A stretch of 64,000 nt of DNA, from positions 11,334 to 75,333 of the forward strand of contig JAFQAN010000036.1 of the NCBI GenBank assembly GCA_017416915.1. Reading direction: 5' to 3'. The notes below the pieces were generated by a model, which was not told where the DNA came from, ran no database searches, and was given only the letters and a program-made list of their open reading frames with translations. This document shows, in pieces, positions 10,812 through 20,378 of the stretch (positions are counted from its first letter, which is position 1; each line of letters opens with the position of its first letter). The position numbers and the translations under genes were made by a program. This stretch comes from Alistipes sp. GTDB lineage: Bacteria > Bacteroidota > Bacteroidia > Bacteroidales > Rikenellaceae.

Positions 10812-10819
10812 CAAAGGTA
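10812..10819 (-). promoter_or_regulatory. -7 promoter element for tnaA
   Basis: tacctttg on the minus strand, about 95 nt upstream of the ATG. Confidence 0.55.
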
Positions 10820-10910
10820 TGCAAAAATATAGTCAAATGCAAGCCCGCGTCGAAAATATTTTCATTTTCCCTTTTTGGGTTGCAGACGATGCTATTCGTC
10901 GAGTTTAGCT

Positions 10911-11912
10911 TTATTGTTTTTTCACTAACAGTTCCAATATCTGTATGGCGTTAAGTGCTGCACCCTTGCGAATCTGGTCTGCAACGCACCAGAAGGTGAT
11001 GCCGCGCTCGTTTGTGAGGTCCTTGCGCAGACGACCCACATATACGGGGTTGCTGCCCTGAGCGTACAGGGGCATAGGGTAGCGCTTCTCGGCTGGCTCG
11101 TCGATAAGCACGATGCCCTCAGCCTTAGCAAAGGCGTCGCGCACGTCGCTGAGGTTAAGCTCCTCCTCGGTCTCTACCCATATCGCCTCGGAGTGGGCGC
11201 GCATAACGGGAACACGTACACACGTTGCCGAGGTGCGGATGTCGGAGTGCATAATCTTACGTGTCTCGTAGAACATCTTCATCTCCTCCTTGGTGTAGTC
11301 GTTGTCCTGGAATACGTCGATGTGGGGTATGAGGTTATAGGCGAGCTGGTAGGCGAACTTCTCGACCTTAGGCTCACGGCCCTCGACTATGGCGCGGTGC
11401 TGCTCCTCGAACTCCTGCATAGCCGATGCTCCTGCGCCACTTGCCGACTGGTAGGTGGCGACGTGGACGTGCGTGATGTGCGACAGTCGCTCGATAACAC
11501 CCAGAGCCACAACCATCTGTATTGTTGTGCAGTTGGGGTTTGCTATGATGTGGCGCGGTGCATTAAAGGCATCCTCGCCATTGACCTCGGGAACGACCAG
11601 AGGCACGTCCTCGTCCATACGGAAGGCGCTCGAATTATCAATCATAAAGGCACCATACTTGGTGATGGTGTCGGCATACTCCTTCGAGGTTGATGCGCCT
11701 GCCGAGCATAGAGCGACATCTATGTCCTTGAAGTCGTCGTTGTGTTGTAGCTCACGCACGACAATATCCTCGCCACGGAAGCGGTATGTCGTCCCTGCGC
11801 TACGTTTCGAACCGAAGAGGCGTAGCTCCTCGATAGGCATCGGATGTGATTCCAATATTGAGAGAAACTCCTGTCCCACTGCGCCACTTGCGCCAACAAT
11901 TGCAATCTTCAT
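10911..11912 (-). CDS. asd: Aspartate-semialdehyde dehydrogenase
   Basis: [49 protein letters not shown]. Confidence 0.97.
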   Translation of the reverse strand: MKIAIVGASGAVGQEFLSILESHPMPIEELRLFGSKRSAGTTYRFRGEDIVVRELQHNDDFKDIDVALCSAGASTSKEYADTITKYGAFMIDNSSAFRMDEDVPLVVPEVNGEDAFNAPRHIIANPNCTTIQMVVALGVIERLSHITHVHVATYQSASGAGASAMQEFEEQHRAIVEGREPKVEKFAYQLAYNLIPHIDVFQDNDYTKEEMKMFYETRKIMHSDIRTSATCVRVPVMRAHSEAIWVETEEELNLSDVRDAFAKAEGIVLIDEPAEKRYPMPLYAQGSNPVYVGRLRKDLTNERGITFWCVADQIRKGAALNAIQILELLVKKQ

Positions 11913-12093
11913 ATCTCTAATATTTTAATGGTTAAACACTTCGTTTTTTATATGCTCCTTAGTGAGCCTAAAACTACATTTTTATTCTTTTATTCTTTAT
12001 TCGACCGTGGATGTCTTCTCATTCGCCCGTTATTCGCCCGCGGATGTCTGCGAGGTTGGCAAAATTGCACCTTTGCCAACCGCACACCCTCTG

Positions 12094-14535
12094 CTAATAC
12101 CCGAAGTCGTCGTAGAAGAACTCCGAATCTTGATTTGACGGGCCTTCTGCCGACTCCTCCATCTCTATCGAGCAGTCGTACTTAGGCGGGTTCTCCGAGC
12201 GCTCGAACTTATCGCTGCGCGACACGCCGAGGGTGCCGTCGTTGAAGACCTTTTTGAGGAACTTACCCGTGATGGGTAGCGCAATGCGCGAGCCGTCGGC
12301 AGTGTGCGAGAAGTGGATGCTGTTCTCGTCGCCACCTACCCAGCAGCCCATAACGAGGTTAGGCACAATGCTCATAAACCAGGCATCGACATTGTCATTT
12401 GTAGTACCCGTCTTGGCGGCAACCTCCACATCGTCGAAGCCAAACTCGTAAATCATACGGCGACCCGTACCCATCGTTACTACGCGCTGCATCATCGTAA
12501 TCATCGTGTAGGCGATATCCTCGTTTAGCACGTGGTGGGTGGTAGGTGTGAAGGTGGCGAGTACGTTGCCCTGATTATCCTCGATGCGTGTTACGAAGAT
12601 GGGGTCGATGCGCACACCCTTATTTGCGAAGGTGCAGTATGCCGACGCCATCTCGTAGGGGTTGCTATCGTACGAGCCTAAGCAGAGCGACACCACGGGG
12701 TCGATATACCCCTTAATACCCATATCGTGGATGAACTCTGCCACCGCCTCGGGTGCTTTCGACTCCTTCATTATCCACGCCGAGTAGTTGTTGCGGCTGT
12801 TTGCCAAGCCCCAGTAGAGGGGGTGAGTACCCGTATATTCCACCTTGCCTGCCTCTTTCGGCGACCAAGCACCTGCGGGGGTGTCGATGGTTACAGGGCG
12901 GTTAGGCACTGGCGTACAGGGCGTAAGACCGAGGTGGTCGATGGCAAAGGTGTAGATGAAGGGCTTTGCCGTAGAGCCCACCTGACGACGGCTCTGCGTA
13001 GCGCCGTCAAACTTGAAGAAGCGGTAGTCGGGGCCACCGACATACGCCCTCACGTAGCCCGATGTGGGGTCTATGGCGACGAACGCTGCGCGCATAATCG
13101 CCTTGTGGTGCAGTATCGAGTCGCGCGGCGTAAGCACCGTATCACGTACACCGTTGAAGGTGAATACCTCCATACGCTGAGGCTGGTCGAATGTGGCGAT
13201 AATCTCCGCCTCCGACAGACCCTCTTTGGAGAGGTTGCGCCAGCGGTCGGTAAGACGCATAGCCGCCGAAATCTTCTCCTCTATCTGCGCCTTGCTAAGA
13301 CCTACATAGGGGGTGCCACGGTAGCGCATCTGCTCGTACATACGTGGCTGCACCACCTCGCGCATATGCTCCGCCACAGCCTGCTCGGCATACTTCTGCA
13401 TACGCGAATCGACGGTCGTGTATATCTTCAAGCCGTCGCGGTAGATGTCATACTTCTCGCCATTTGCCTTGCGGTTTTTGTTGCACCAGCCGACGATAGG
13501 GTTGTTGCGGTACTCTTCGAGTGCCATATTGTAGTCCCACTCGGTATAGAATTGGTTGCGCTTAGGCTCATCTGCCATCATCGTACGACGCACCATCTCG
13601 CGGAAGTAGGTCGCCGTACCCTCGTTGTGGGCATCTGCCACACGGTGGTAACGCGAGAGGTCTATGGGCAGCGCTTTGAGCGAGTCGGCAACAAAGGGGT
13701 TTATCGCCCCCGCCTCCGCCATACGCGACAGCACGAGGTTGCGACGCTCCAACGCCTTGGGGTTAGGCTCGCCCCTGCGCAGCGGGGCATACGCTCCTGG
13801 TGCCTTCACCTGACCTGCGATGGTCGCAGCCTCCTCGATGCTCAGCTCCGACGGCTCCTTGCCAAAGAAGTTGTTGGCTGCCGACTTAATACCGAAGTTA
13901 GAGTTCGAGAACTCCACGGTGTTGAGGTACATCGCCACAATCTCCTCCTTGGTGTAGTTGTGTTCGAGCTGTGTGGCGATGACATACTCCTGCGCCTTGG
14001 CAGCAAACGTGCCTGCCTTGCCCTCGCCGCCGTGGGTGCGCATACGCGTCTTATATAGGTTCTTGGCGAGCTGCTGTGTTATGGTGCTACCGCCACCCTG
14101 CTCGCTCTGGCGCAGCAGCACGGTCTTGATGCCAGCACGTGCTGTCGCCTGAAAGTCGATGCCCGAGTGGTCGAAGAAGCGCACATCCTCCGTGGCGAGC
14201 AGTGCCGCAACAATCGGAGGCAGCGTGTGCGAGTCGATAGTGAGCCAAGCACTGCGGTCCTCGGGGAACAGCTCCTCGTAGGATAGGTAGGTGCGGTTTT
14301 CGACAAAATAGGTGCCAATAACCTCTCCATCTGCCGAATAAATCTGCGTGGCAAGGTTGGTCTTCGGGTTCTCCAACTCGTCGAAGGTGGGCATAGGTCC
14401 AAGCACCTCATTCTTGGCGAGGATGAAGAGCGTAGTAAGGGCGATGACGCCGATGGCCGTACACGACCACATAGCGATAATTACCCACTGCTTCCACGTA
14501 AGTTTACTCTTAGAATTTTGTTTCTTCGTAGCCAT
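12094..14535 (-). CDS. mrcA: Class A penicillin-binding protein (PBP1A; GT51 plus transpeptidase)
   Basis: ATEDVRFFDHSGID, GGGSTITQQLAKN, STAK, SRN and KTG motifs; N-terminal TM anchor. Confidence 0.92.
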   Translation of the reverse strand: MATKKQNSKSKLTWKQWVIIAMWSCTAIGVIALTTLFILAKNEVLGPMPTFDELENPKTNLATQIYSADGEVIGTYFVENRTYLSYEELFPEDRSAWLTIDSHTLPPIVAALLATEDVRFFDHSGIDFQATARAGIKTVLLRQSEQGGGSTITQQLAKNLYKTRMRTHGGEGKAGTFAAKAQEYVIATQLEHNYTKEEIVAMYLNTVEFSNSNFGIKSAANNFFGKEPSELSIEEAATIAGQVKAPGAYAPLRRGEPNPKALERRNLVLSRMAEAGAINPFVADSLKALPIDLSRYHRVADAHNEGTATYFREMVRRTMMADEPKRNQFYTEWDYNMALEEYRNNPIVGWCNKNRKANGEKYDIYRDGLKIYTTVDSRMQKYAEQAVAEHMREVVQPRMYEQMRYRGTPYVGLSKAQIEEKISAAMRLTDRWRNLSKEGLSEAEIIATFDQPQRMEVFTFNGVRDTVLTPRDSILHHKAIMRAAFVAIDPTSGYVRAYVGGPDYRFFKFDGATQSRRQVGSTAKPFIYTFAIDHLGLTPCTPVPNRPVTIDTPAGAWSPKEAGKVEYTGTHPLYWGLANSRNNYSAWIMKESKAPEAVAEFIHDMGIKGYIDPVVSLCLGSYDSNPYEMASAYCTFANKGVRIDPIFVTRIEDNQGNVLATFTPTTHHVLNEDIAYTMITMMQRVVTMGTGRRMIYEFGFDDVEVAAKTGTTNDNVDAWFMSIVPNLVMGCWVGGDENSIHFSHTADGSRIALPITGKFLKKVFNDGTLGVSRSDKFERSENPPKYDCSIEMEESAEGPSNQDSEFFYDDFGY

Positions 14536-14604
14536 ATTGTTTGGTTTTTATTTCGTTGCGTTGTTAAATGTTGCCTAACTCTCCTCTACGCTTAAAAATC
14601 ATCG

Positions 14605-17583
14605 TTAAAATGGAAGACCTATGCCAAACGAGACGTACATCTTGCCGTCGGTCTTCGGGTTGTAGGGCGACTGCTTGTAGTATAACGAGAGCGTCGCCGC
14701 TATTGTAGCTGCCTGCGGCATACCAAAGAGGTTTAGGTCGGCGGTGATGTCGCCACCGTAGGACCATATATGCTCGCGGCGGTATTTTATGGCACCCTGG
14801 CTATCGACGGCACACATACGCCTAAACGAGGCGTAGTCGCCACCGATGTTGAGCCTCAGTCGCTTGAAGTATATCACGCCGCGCCACCCCCCGTCGGGAT
14901 ACCATAGCGGCAGTTGGTAGTTGAGCGATGTCGCCACGTAGTTGTCGTTCTCGATGTCGTACGACGAGAAGCCTCGCGGCAGCAGACGTGTCGATTTGAA
15001 CGCCAACCCCGAGCGCACCGTGGGCGAGTAGAAGCCACCCAAGGATGTCTGGTACGACGCCGCTAACGATAGCGAGTGGTGCTTCGCGAAGCCTGGCGTG
15101 TAGAGTTTGGCATACGCCACTGCTAAGTGTCCGAAGTCGTTGGTGGTGGGGTTGAGGGCGTAGGATGCCGATACCACCACACCCCACGGTGGCAGGAAGT
15201 CGCGGTGTGCCTGGCGCACAGTGTTCTGGTATGTTATGCCCGTCTGCAACAGATGCACACCCTCGGTGTAGCCTATCGTCTCGAAGTTCTGTATCTTGCC
15301 ACCATCGAATATCAGCCTATCGACATTCGCAACCATACCGTTCGAGAAGTCCCACGACGCCGTGAGCGACAGCTGCGAGGTGTGGTAGCCGTGCTGGAAC
15401 ATCAGCGGCAGTGTAGCCCCCGCGCCTATGGCGTAGTACTTGCCGCGCTTGGGCGCTTCGGGGAAGACAAGCTCGCTCTTCTCGGCATCCCACCGATATA
15501 CGGTGTGTATGTTCTGCGTGCCGCCGTATGTACCCTTTACCCATAGGTTTACGCCTAAGCCGTTGTAGCGTATCATACCCTTGAATACCGAGCCTTCATC
15601 CCTGTTCCAGCCCCACGTTAAGAAACCCTCCATCGTCGAGAGGATGTTCTGCGAGAGTATCGTGGCGCCGAGGTTAAACGATATTCGCGACTCCTCCACA
15701 AGCTCGTAGGGGTCGTACGAGGCGGGCGCCCAGCTGTGTATGTTGAAGGCGTGGGCAAAGCGCTTGAAGCGGCGTGGTGGTGTCCTGCTGAGGATGCTAT
15801 CCTTTATGGCGCTGTCGAAGCGTACCGTATCTAAGTTTACCACATCCCACTCCTTGATTTCGGGCAGCAGTATCTTGGGCGGGTGTGGTGCGTAGGGCTG
15901 CTCCACAGCACCCTCGGTACTCTGCACCACGGGGAGGTAGCCCTCGCGGCTATACGAGGTGGCGATAAGCGTTGTGCTATCCTTGGGCGACGGCATAAAT
16001 GAGCCGTACTTCGATGTAGATAGTCGGTACTCTCGCCCCTTGGTAAGGTCGTAGCTGTGCAGCTCGTCGCGTCCCGAGGCTATCGAGCCGAAATATAGCA
16101 CTCCGTCGGCAGCTCGTAGGTTGCTTAGCGTGGTGTATGTAGGCTCGGTAATCTGCTCCAAGCCCTCGTCCGTGAGGCGCGCTATGTGCATACCCCTATC
16201 GTCGGTAAGGAGCAGGTATAGCGCCTCGGTACTATTGTCCCACGCCATACCGTGTACCTCCTTGTCGGTGGGCAGGGTTGCCACTCTCTTTGCGCTGCCC
16301 TCGGCGGTGCTTATGATGGAGTATGAGCCATCCAAGCTATACTCCACCCACGCTATGCCGCGGCTCTCCATAGGCGTTGCGTATAGGGCATTCTTACTCT
16401 GGCGGATGGTGCGTGTGCGGCGCGTTTTGAGGTCCATATATCGCACCTTCGACCCCACCTTCTCGGCAAAAAGCAGGCTGCGACGGTACTCCGTCCACCA
16501 TAGGCGGCGTGTGTCGCTGAGCATCGGGCGCGATGAGAGCATACCCGTATATATGATGCGCTCTTGGTTGCCGAGGCTGTCGGTGAAGACAAATGCCGAG
16601 GGGGTGTCGAGGTCGCTTTTGAGCGCTATGAAGCCGTCGTCGAGGGCTATGGGGTAGTCGTAGCGCGTATGGCTCTTGATGGCGGGTATGGCGAGCGGCT
16701 GTGTGGTCTGCTCCACGTCGTCTAACTCGTCCCAGTGGGTTGCCAACGTGCGGAAGGTATCGTAGAAGAGTCGCGGAATGGAGCTGCCGTATAGGCGTTT
16801 GAGCATCCACGATGTCGATACAACCATATAGGGGCGACGTACCGACAGCTCGGCGATGTCGTTGCCCATCACCCGCCCAAAGCTATTGTAGCCGTGGCGA
16901 CACATCATATATCCGAGGGTGTAGTGGTCGGGGATGTAGTCTTTATACGAGCCACAGAACCACTTGTCGATGTTACGGAACTCCTCCGCGATGTTGCCAT
17001 AGGAGCGGTATGTGAGCGAGAATGACGGTTGCATACCGCGTCCGAAGGTGGACATCGCCGTCTCGGTCATCACCGCGTCGCCCTCCATCATCCATAGCGG
17101 CATAAAGAGTAGCCCTATTGTCGAACTCTGCTGACCGATGACATAGCTTAGCCCCTTGATAAGTCCTCGGTTGAGGTTATTGTACTGCACGGCGTGGCGA
17201 TATTCGTGTGCTATGAGCTGCTTTATCCACGGCATCGAGTAGCCGTCGGCCTCGGGTGTAGAGAGGAACTCTACGCGCTTTGGCAGCCACATAACAAGTC
17301 CGTTGGAGAGCATATTTGCGGGGTGTACCACGAAGGGTATCGACATCTGCGGATACTTATACCCAAAGCTGATGTCGTCGCTCACAGCATCCAAATAGTG
17401 CATCATTTTTTCTCCAACAATTTGTGCTGTGTCGGGGTAAATAACCCTGTATTTTTCGCTTTTCATCTGTCGCCAGCGATACGATGTCGGATCGACACCC
17501 CAACTGTAATATTGGGCGTGCGCTCTCTCTGCGACAAGTAATGCGCAGATAGCCAACAAGATATGTATCGTCAAGCGTTTCAT
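14605..17583 (-). CDS. Secreted/outer-membrane protein: HExxH peptidase-like domain, beta-propeller and putative C-terminal beta-barrel
   Basis: Signal peptide; IAHEYRH and PLWMMEGDA; propeller-like middle; amphipathic strands ending in terminal Phe (VSFGIGLPF). Confidence 0.6.
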   Translation of the reverse strand: MKRLTIHILLAICALLVAERAHAQYYSWGVDPTSYRWRQMKSEKYRVIYPDTAQIVGEKMMHYLDAVSDDISFGYKYPQMSIPFVVHPANMLSNGLVMWLPKRVEFLSTPEADGYSMPWIKQLIAHEYRHAVQYNNLNRGLIKGLSYVIGQQSSTIGLLFMPLWMMEGDAVMTETAMSTFGRGMQPSFSLTYRSYGNIAEEFRNIDKWFCGSYKDYIPDHYTLGYMMCRHGYNSFGRVMGNDIAELSVRRPYMVVSTSWMLKRLYGSSIPRLFYDTFRTLATHWDELDDVEQTTQPLAIPAIKSHTRYDYPIALDDGFIALKSDLDTPSAFVFTDSLGNQERIIYTGMLSSRPMLSDTRRLWWTEYRRSLLFAEKVGSKVRYMDLKTRRTRTIRQSKNALYATPMESRGIAWVEYSLDGSYSIISTAEGSAKRVATLPTDKEVHGMAWDNSTEALYLLLTDDRGMHIARLTDEGLEQITEPTYTTLSNLRAADGVLYFGSIASGRDELHSYDLTKGREYRLSTSKYGSFMPSPKDSTTLIATSYSREGYLPVVQSTEGAVEQPYAPHPPKILLPEIKEWDVVNLDTVRFDSAIKDSILSRTPPRRFKRFAHAFNIHSWAPASYDPYELVEESRISFNLGATILSQNILSTMEGFLTWGWNRDEGSVFKGMIRYNGLGVNLWVKGTYGGTQNIHTVYRWDAEKSELVFPEAPKRGKYYAIGAGATLPLMFQHGYHTSQLSLTASWDFSNGMVANVDRLIFDGGKIQNFETIGYTEGVHLLQTGITYQNTVRQAHRDFLPPWGVVVSASYALNPTTNDFGHLAVAYAKLYTPGFAKHHSLSLAASYQTSLGGFYSPTVRSGLAFKSTRLLPRGFSSYDIENDNYVATSLNYQLPLWYPDGGWRGVIYFKRLRLNIGGDYASFRRMCAVDSQGAIKYRREHIWSYGGDITADLNLFGMPQAATIAATLSLYYKQSPYNPKTDGKMYVSFGIGLPF

Positions 17584-17609
17584 CTTTTCATATACGAATA
17601 TATAACGTA

Positions 17610-17617
17610 CAAATATA
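17610..17617 (-). promoter_or_regulatory. -7 promoter element for the 14605-17583 gene
   Basis: tatatttg on the minus strand. Confidence 0.5.
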
Positions 17618-17633
17618 CGAAAAAATTTTTAAT

Positions 17634-17990
17634 TTTTTGTGATAAGGGGCTATCTGCGGCGCTATGATACAAGTTGCCCCGCGCAGCTGGGGATGGCTGA
17701 GAACGACTGGGAAAGACTGAGAATGACTGAGAATGGCTGTGTTTTTCAGGGGACTACGGGACTACGGGACTTCGGGATATTGCGGGATATTGCGGGATAT
17801 TGCGGGATATTGCGGGCGATGCCCGCATTTTTCGCAGACGTGTAGTCTCGTCGTCTCGTGGTCTCGTGGTCTCGTCGTCCCGTGGTCCCGTCGTCTCGTT
17901 GGCGCGCCCTCAGGCGTTCTCAGGCGTTCTCAGTCTTTCTCAGGCATTCTCAGCCAATCGCGCCCCCCACCTATGCGTATCTAAGCTAAC
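17634..17990 (-). repeat. Mosaic repeat locus 3: half hairpin, inverted 10-mer/core, (ttgcgggata)x4, 8-mers, ggcgcgcc, 10-mers
   Basis: gtgataagggg at about 17639; inverted core at 17735-17747; arrays read directly from sequence. Confidence 0.88.
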
Positions 17991-17994
17991 CCAC

Positions 17995-18027
17995 AAAAAA
18001 AAGAGGTCGCACCAATTGTGCAACCTC
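17995..18027 (-). terminator. Intrinsic terminator downstream of tRNA-Thr
   Basis: Stem gaggtcgcac-caatt-gtgcaacctc with an A8 tract on +, i.e. a U-tract on -. Confidence 0.7.
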
Positions 18028-18032
18028 CCCTG

Positions 18033-18105
18033 AGCCTTGAGGGGGACTCGAACCCCCGACCCCTTCATTACGAATGAAGTGCTCTACCGACTGAGCTATT
18101 AAGGC
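18033..18105 (-). tRNA. trnT: tRNA-Thr(CGT)
   Basis: GCCTTAATAGCTCAGTCGGTAGAGC-A-CTTCA-TTCGTAA-TGAAG-GGGTC-GGGGG-TTCGAGT-CCCCC-TCAAGGC-T cloverleaf; CCA not encoded. Confidence 0.95.
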
Positions 18106-18194
18106 AACCTAATGGTCAAACTTTTTTCGTTTGACGGTGCAAATATCGTAAAAAATTATTAATTTCGCACTATAAACGCTAAAAAAATTGTAAG

Positions 18195-19628
18195 ATGATT
18201 ACTTTTTTGGTCTGCCTCGTCTTGCTCGTTGCCGCCTATTTCATCTATGGCGGGCTGCTCAGCCGAGGTGTGAAACTCGACCCGAACGCCCCTGTCCCCT
18301 CTAAGACGCACTACGACGGTGTCGATTATATCCCGCTGCCGCGCTGGCGCATATTCCTTATACAGCTGCTCAACATCGCGGGTACGGGACCCATCTTTGG
18401 TGCTATCCTCGGTGCTTGTTACGGTCCTATTGCCTTCGTATGGATTACGCTCGGCGGTATCTTTATGGGTGCTATGCACGACTTTTTGTCGGGCGTCATC
18501 TCGCTGCGCAACGGCGGTAAGAGCCTCACCGAGATTATCAGCAAGTATTTAGGTCGTGGCACGGGACGTTTTACCCTCGTGATGATACCTATCCTTATGG
18601 TGCTTGTGGGTGCGGTATTTATCGTTACGCCCTCCAAAATATTGGTCTCGATGACCGATATTCCCTACCTCGTGTGGGTCGGCATAATCATCGTTTACTA
18701 CTTCATTGCCACGGTGTTACCTGTCGATAAGATTATCGCCAAGATATACCCCATCTTCGGCGCTGCGCTTATCTTTATGGCGCTTGCGATGTTCGGCGTG
18801 TTGCTCTTTGGCGACTACGATATTCCTGAGCTTACGACGCTCGATAATATGCACGCCAAGGCGTCGGAGCTGCCCATCATCCCCACACTCTGCATCAGCA
18901 TTGCGTGTGGTGCTATCTCGGGCTTCCACGCCACGCAGTCGCCGCTTATGGCGCGCTGTATGACCAACGAGACACAGGCGCGCCCCATCTTCTTTGGCGC
19001 TATGATATCGGAGTCGGTCATCGCCCTTGTATGGGCGGCTGTGGCTATGGCGTTCTTCGGTGGCGTCGAGGGTCTCAACGACGCTATGATTGAGATGAGG
19101 GGCGATGCAGGCACGGCGGTATCGACCATCACCGTTACCACGCTCGGCACCGTAGGTAGCATCCTCGCGCTGCTGGGTATGGTTGCTGCGCCCATCACCT
19201 CGGGAGATACGGCATTCCGCTCGGCACGTCTTATCGTTGCCGATATGCTCAATATCGAGCAGCGCAGCATCTGGAAGCGTCTCTTGGTCAGCCTGCCGCT
19301 CTTTGCTGTCGGCATCGGCATCGCCTTTATAGACTTCGACATCATCTGGCGATACTTCGCGTGGAGCAACCAGACGCTTGCTGTCTTTGTGCTGTGGATG
19401 ATATATGCGTGGCTTATGCGCCGTGGCAGCCGTATGTGGATGCTTGCGCTGCTGCCCGCGATATTTATGACCTACATCTGTTCGAGCTTCGTCTTCGTAT
19501 CTAACCAGTTTGTGGGTATGGGCGCTTGTGATGCGGCGTACATCTATGGAGGCGCTGTTACTGCCGTGTTCTCGGCGTTGGTAATGCTTAAAGTTAGGAG
19601 GGACGTGCGCCGTGGAGCCGAGATTTAA
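18195..19628 (+). CDS. cstA: Carbon starvation protein A family transporter
   Basis: IAGTGPIFGA, ACGAISGFHATQSP, APITSGDTAFRSAR; many TM segments. Confidence 0.92.
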   Translation: MITFLVCLVLLVAAYFIYGGLLSRGVKLDPNAPVPSKTHYDGVDYIPLPRWRIFLIQLLNIAGTGPIFGAILGACYGPIAFVWITLGGIFMGAMHDFLSGVISLRNGGKSLTEIISKYLGRGTGRFTLVMIPILMVLVGAVFIVTPSKILVSMTDIPYLVWVGIIIVYYFIATVLPVDKIIAKIYPIFGAALIFMALAMFGVLLFGDYDIPELTTLDNMHAKASELPIIPTLCISIACGAISGFHATQSPLMARCMTNETQARPIFFGAMISESVIALVWAAVAMAFFGGVEGLNDAMIEMRGDAGTAVSTITVTTLGTVGSILALLGMVAAPITSGDTAFRSARLIVADMLNIEQRSIWKRLLVSLPLFAVGIGIAFIDFDIIWRYFAWSNQTLAVFVLWMIYAWLMRRGSRMWMLALLPAIFMTYICSSFVFVSNQFVGMGACDAAYIYGGAVTAVFSALVMLKVRRDVRRGAEI

Positions 19629-20298
19629 CCCTACGCCCGACCAGACCTTCGAGTTGGAGGGGTCGGGCAAGTATAACTTTGTGGAGCGCACCGCCGCCGT
19701 CGAGCGCCTCGTTAAGGCGGGTCGCTATGTCGAGGCGTGTGAGGCGCGCTACGACGCCTTTGTCGATCTCGCAGCCCTTCTGCCCGATGAGGAGGCTCTG
19801 CCGCTGAGGTGGGAGCATCCTAATAGCCGTGCGGCGCTGAGTATCATCTATGGCTCGGCTGTCGATCACTTCCGCATCGGCGACTTGGAGATGTCGATGG
19901 CGCAGTTGGAGCTGCTGTTGGAGTGCGATAATGAGGACCACTTCGAGAGCGTTAATCTGCTGGCTATGTGTTATGTAGCTTGCGACGAGTGGGATGCCTA
20001 CGACGACCTTACCTTAGACCTCAGCGATAAGTCGGGCGATGCCGTCGTTACGCGCCTGTGGGCAGCTTTCCGCCGCTCGGGCAGTGTCGATGAGCAGCTT
20101 CTCGCGCTTCTACGTTCGCGCCATCGCGTCTACTACGACGAGTTTCGGGCGGAGGAGCATCCCGACGATGATGCCTTCCGTCGTGATATATCGTCCGACA
20201 GACCGTCGCCACGTGCCGAGGCGCGCGAGTGGTGGCTGATGACCGAGCCGCTGTGGGCAGAGTTTGCCGACTTTGTGGATGCCGTAAGAGGCAAATAA
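19612..20298 (+). CDS. Conserved hypothetical helical (TPR-like) protein
   Basis: 228-aa ORF with host-like codon usage and a helical repeat pattern; overlaps the cstA stop. Confidence 0.6.
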   Translation: MEPRFNPTPDQTFELEGSGKYNFVERTAAVERLVKAGRYVEACEARYDAFVDLAALLPDEEALPLRWEHPNSRAALSIIYGSAVDHFRIGDLEMSMAQLELLLECDNEDHFESVNLLAMCYVACDEWDAYDDLTLDLSDKSGDAVVTRLWAAFRRSGSVDEQLLALLRSRHRVYYDEFRAEEHPDDDAFRRDISSDRPSPRAEAREWWLMTEPLWAEFADFVDAVRGK

Positions 20299-20320
20299 TA
20301 CACTCTCGAAGATAATTATA

Positions 20321-20353
20321 ATAGGCTGACTAAAAGCGAATTAGTCAGCCTAT
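20321..20353. terminator. Hairpin between convergent genes (probable bidirectional terminator)
   Basis: ataggctgactaa-aagcgaa-ttagtcagcctat, 13-bp perfect stem. Confidence 0.65.
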
Positions 20354-20378
20354 TGTATCTACATTTCACCCTCGTCTC

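Noticed and set aside
12727-14058. Long antisense or alternate-frame ORFs (e.g. 12727-14058, 53079-54305, 5675-6763, 18717-19691)
   Set aside because: They are shadows of well-supported genes on the opposite strand in GC-rich DNA and carry no recognisable motifs.
18033-18195. Genomic island integrated at tRNA-Thr
   Set aside because: No adjacent integrase, no duplicated tRNA 3' end in the window, and flanking genes are core-like.
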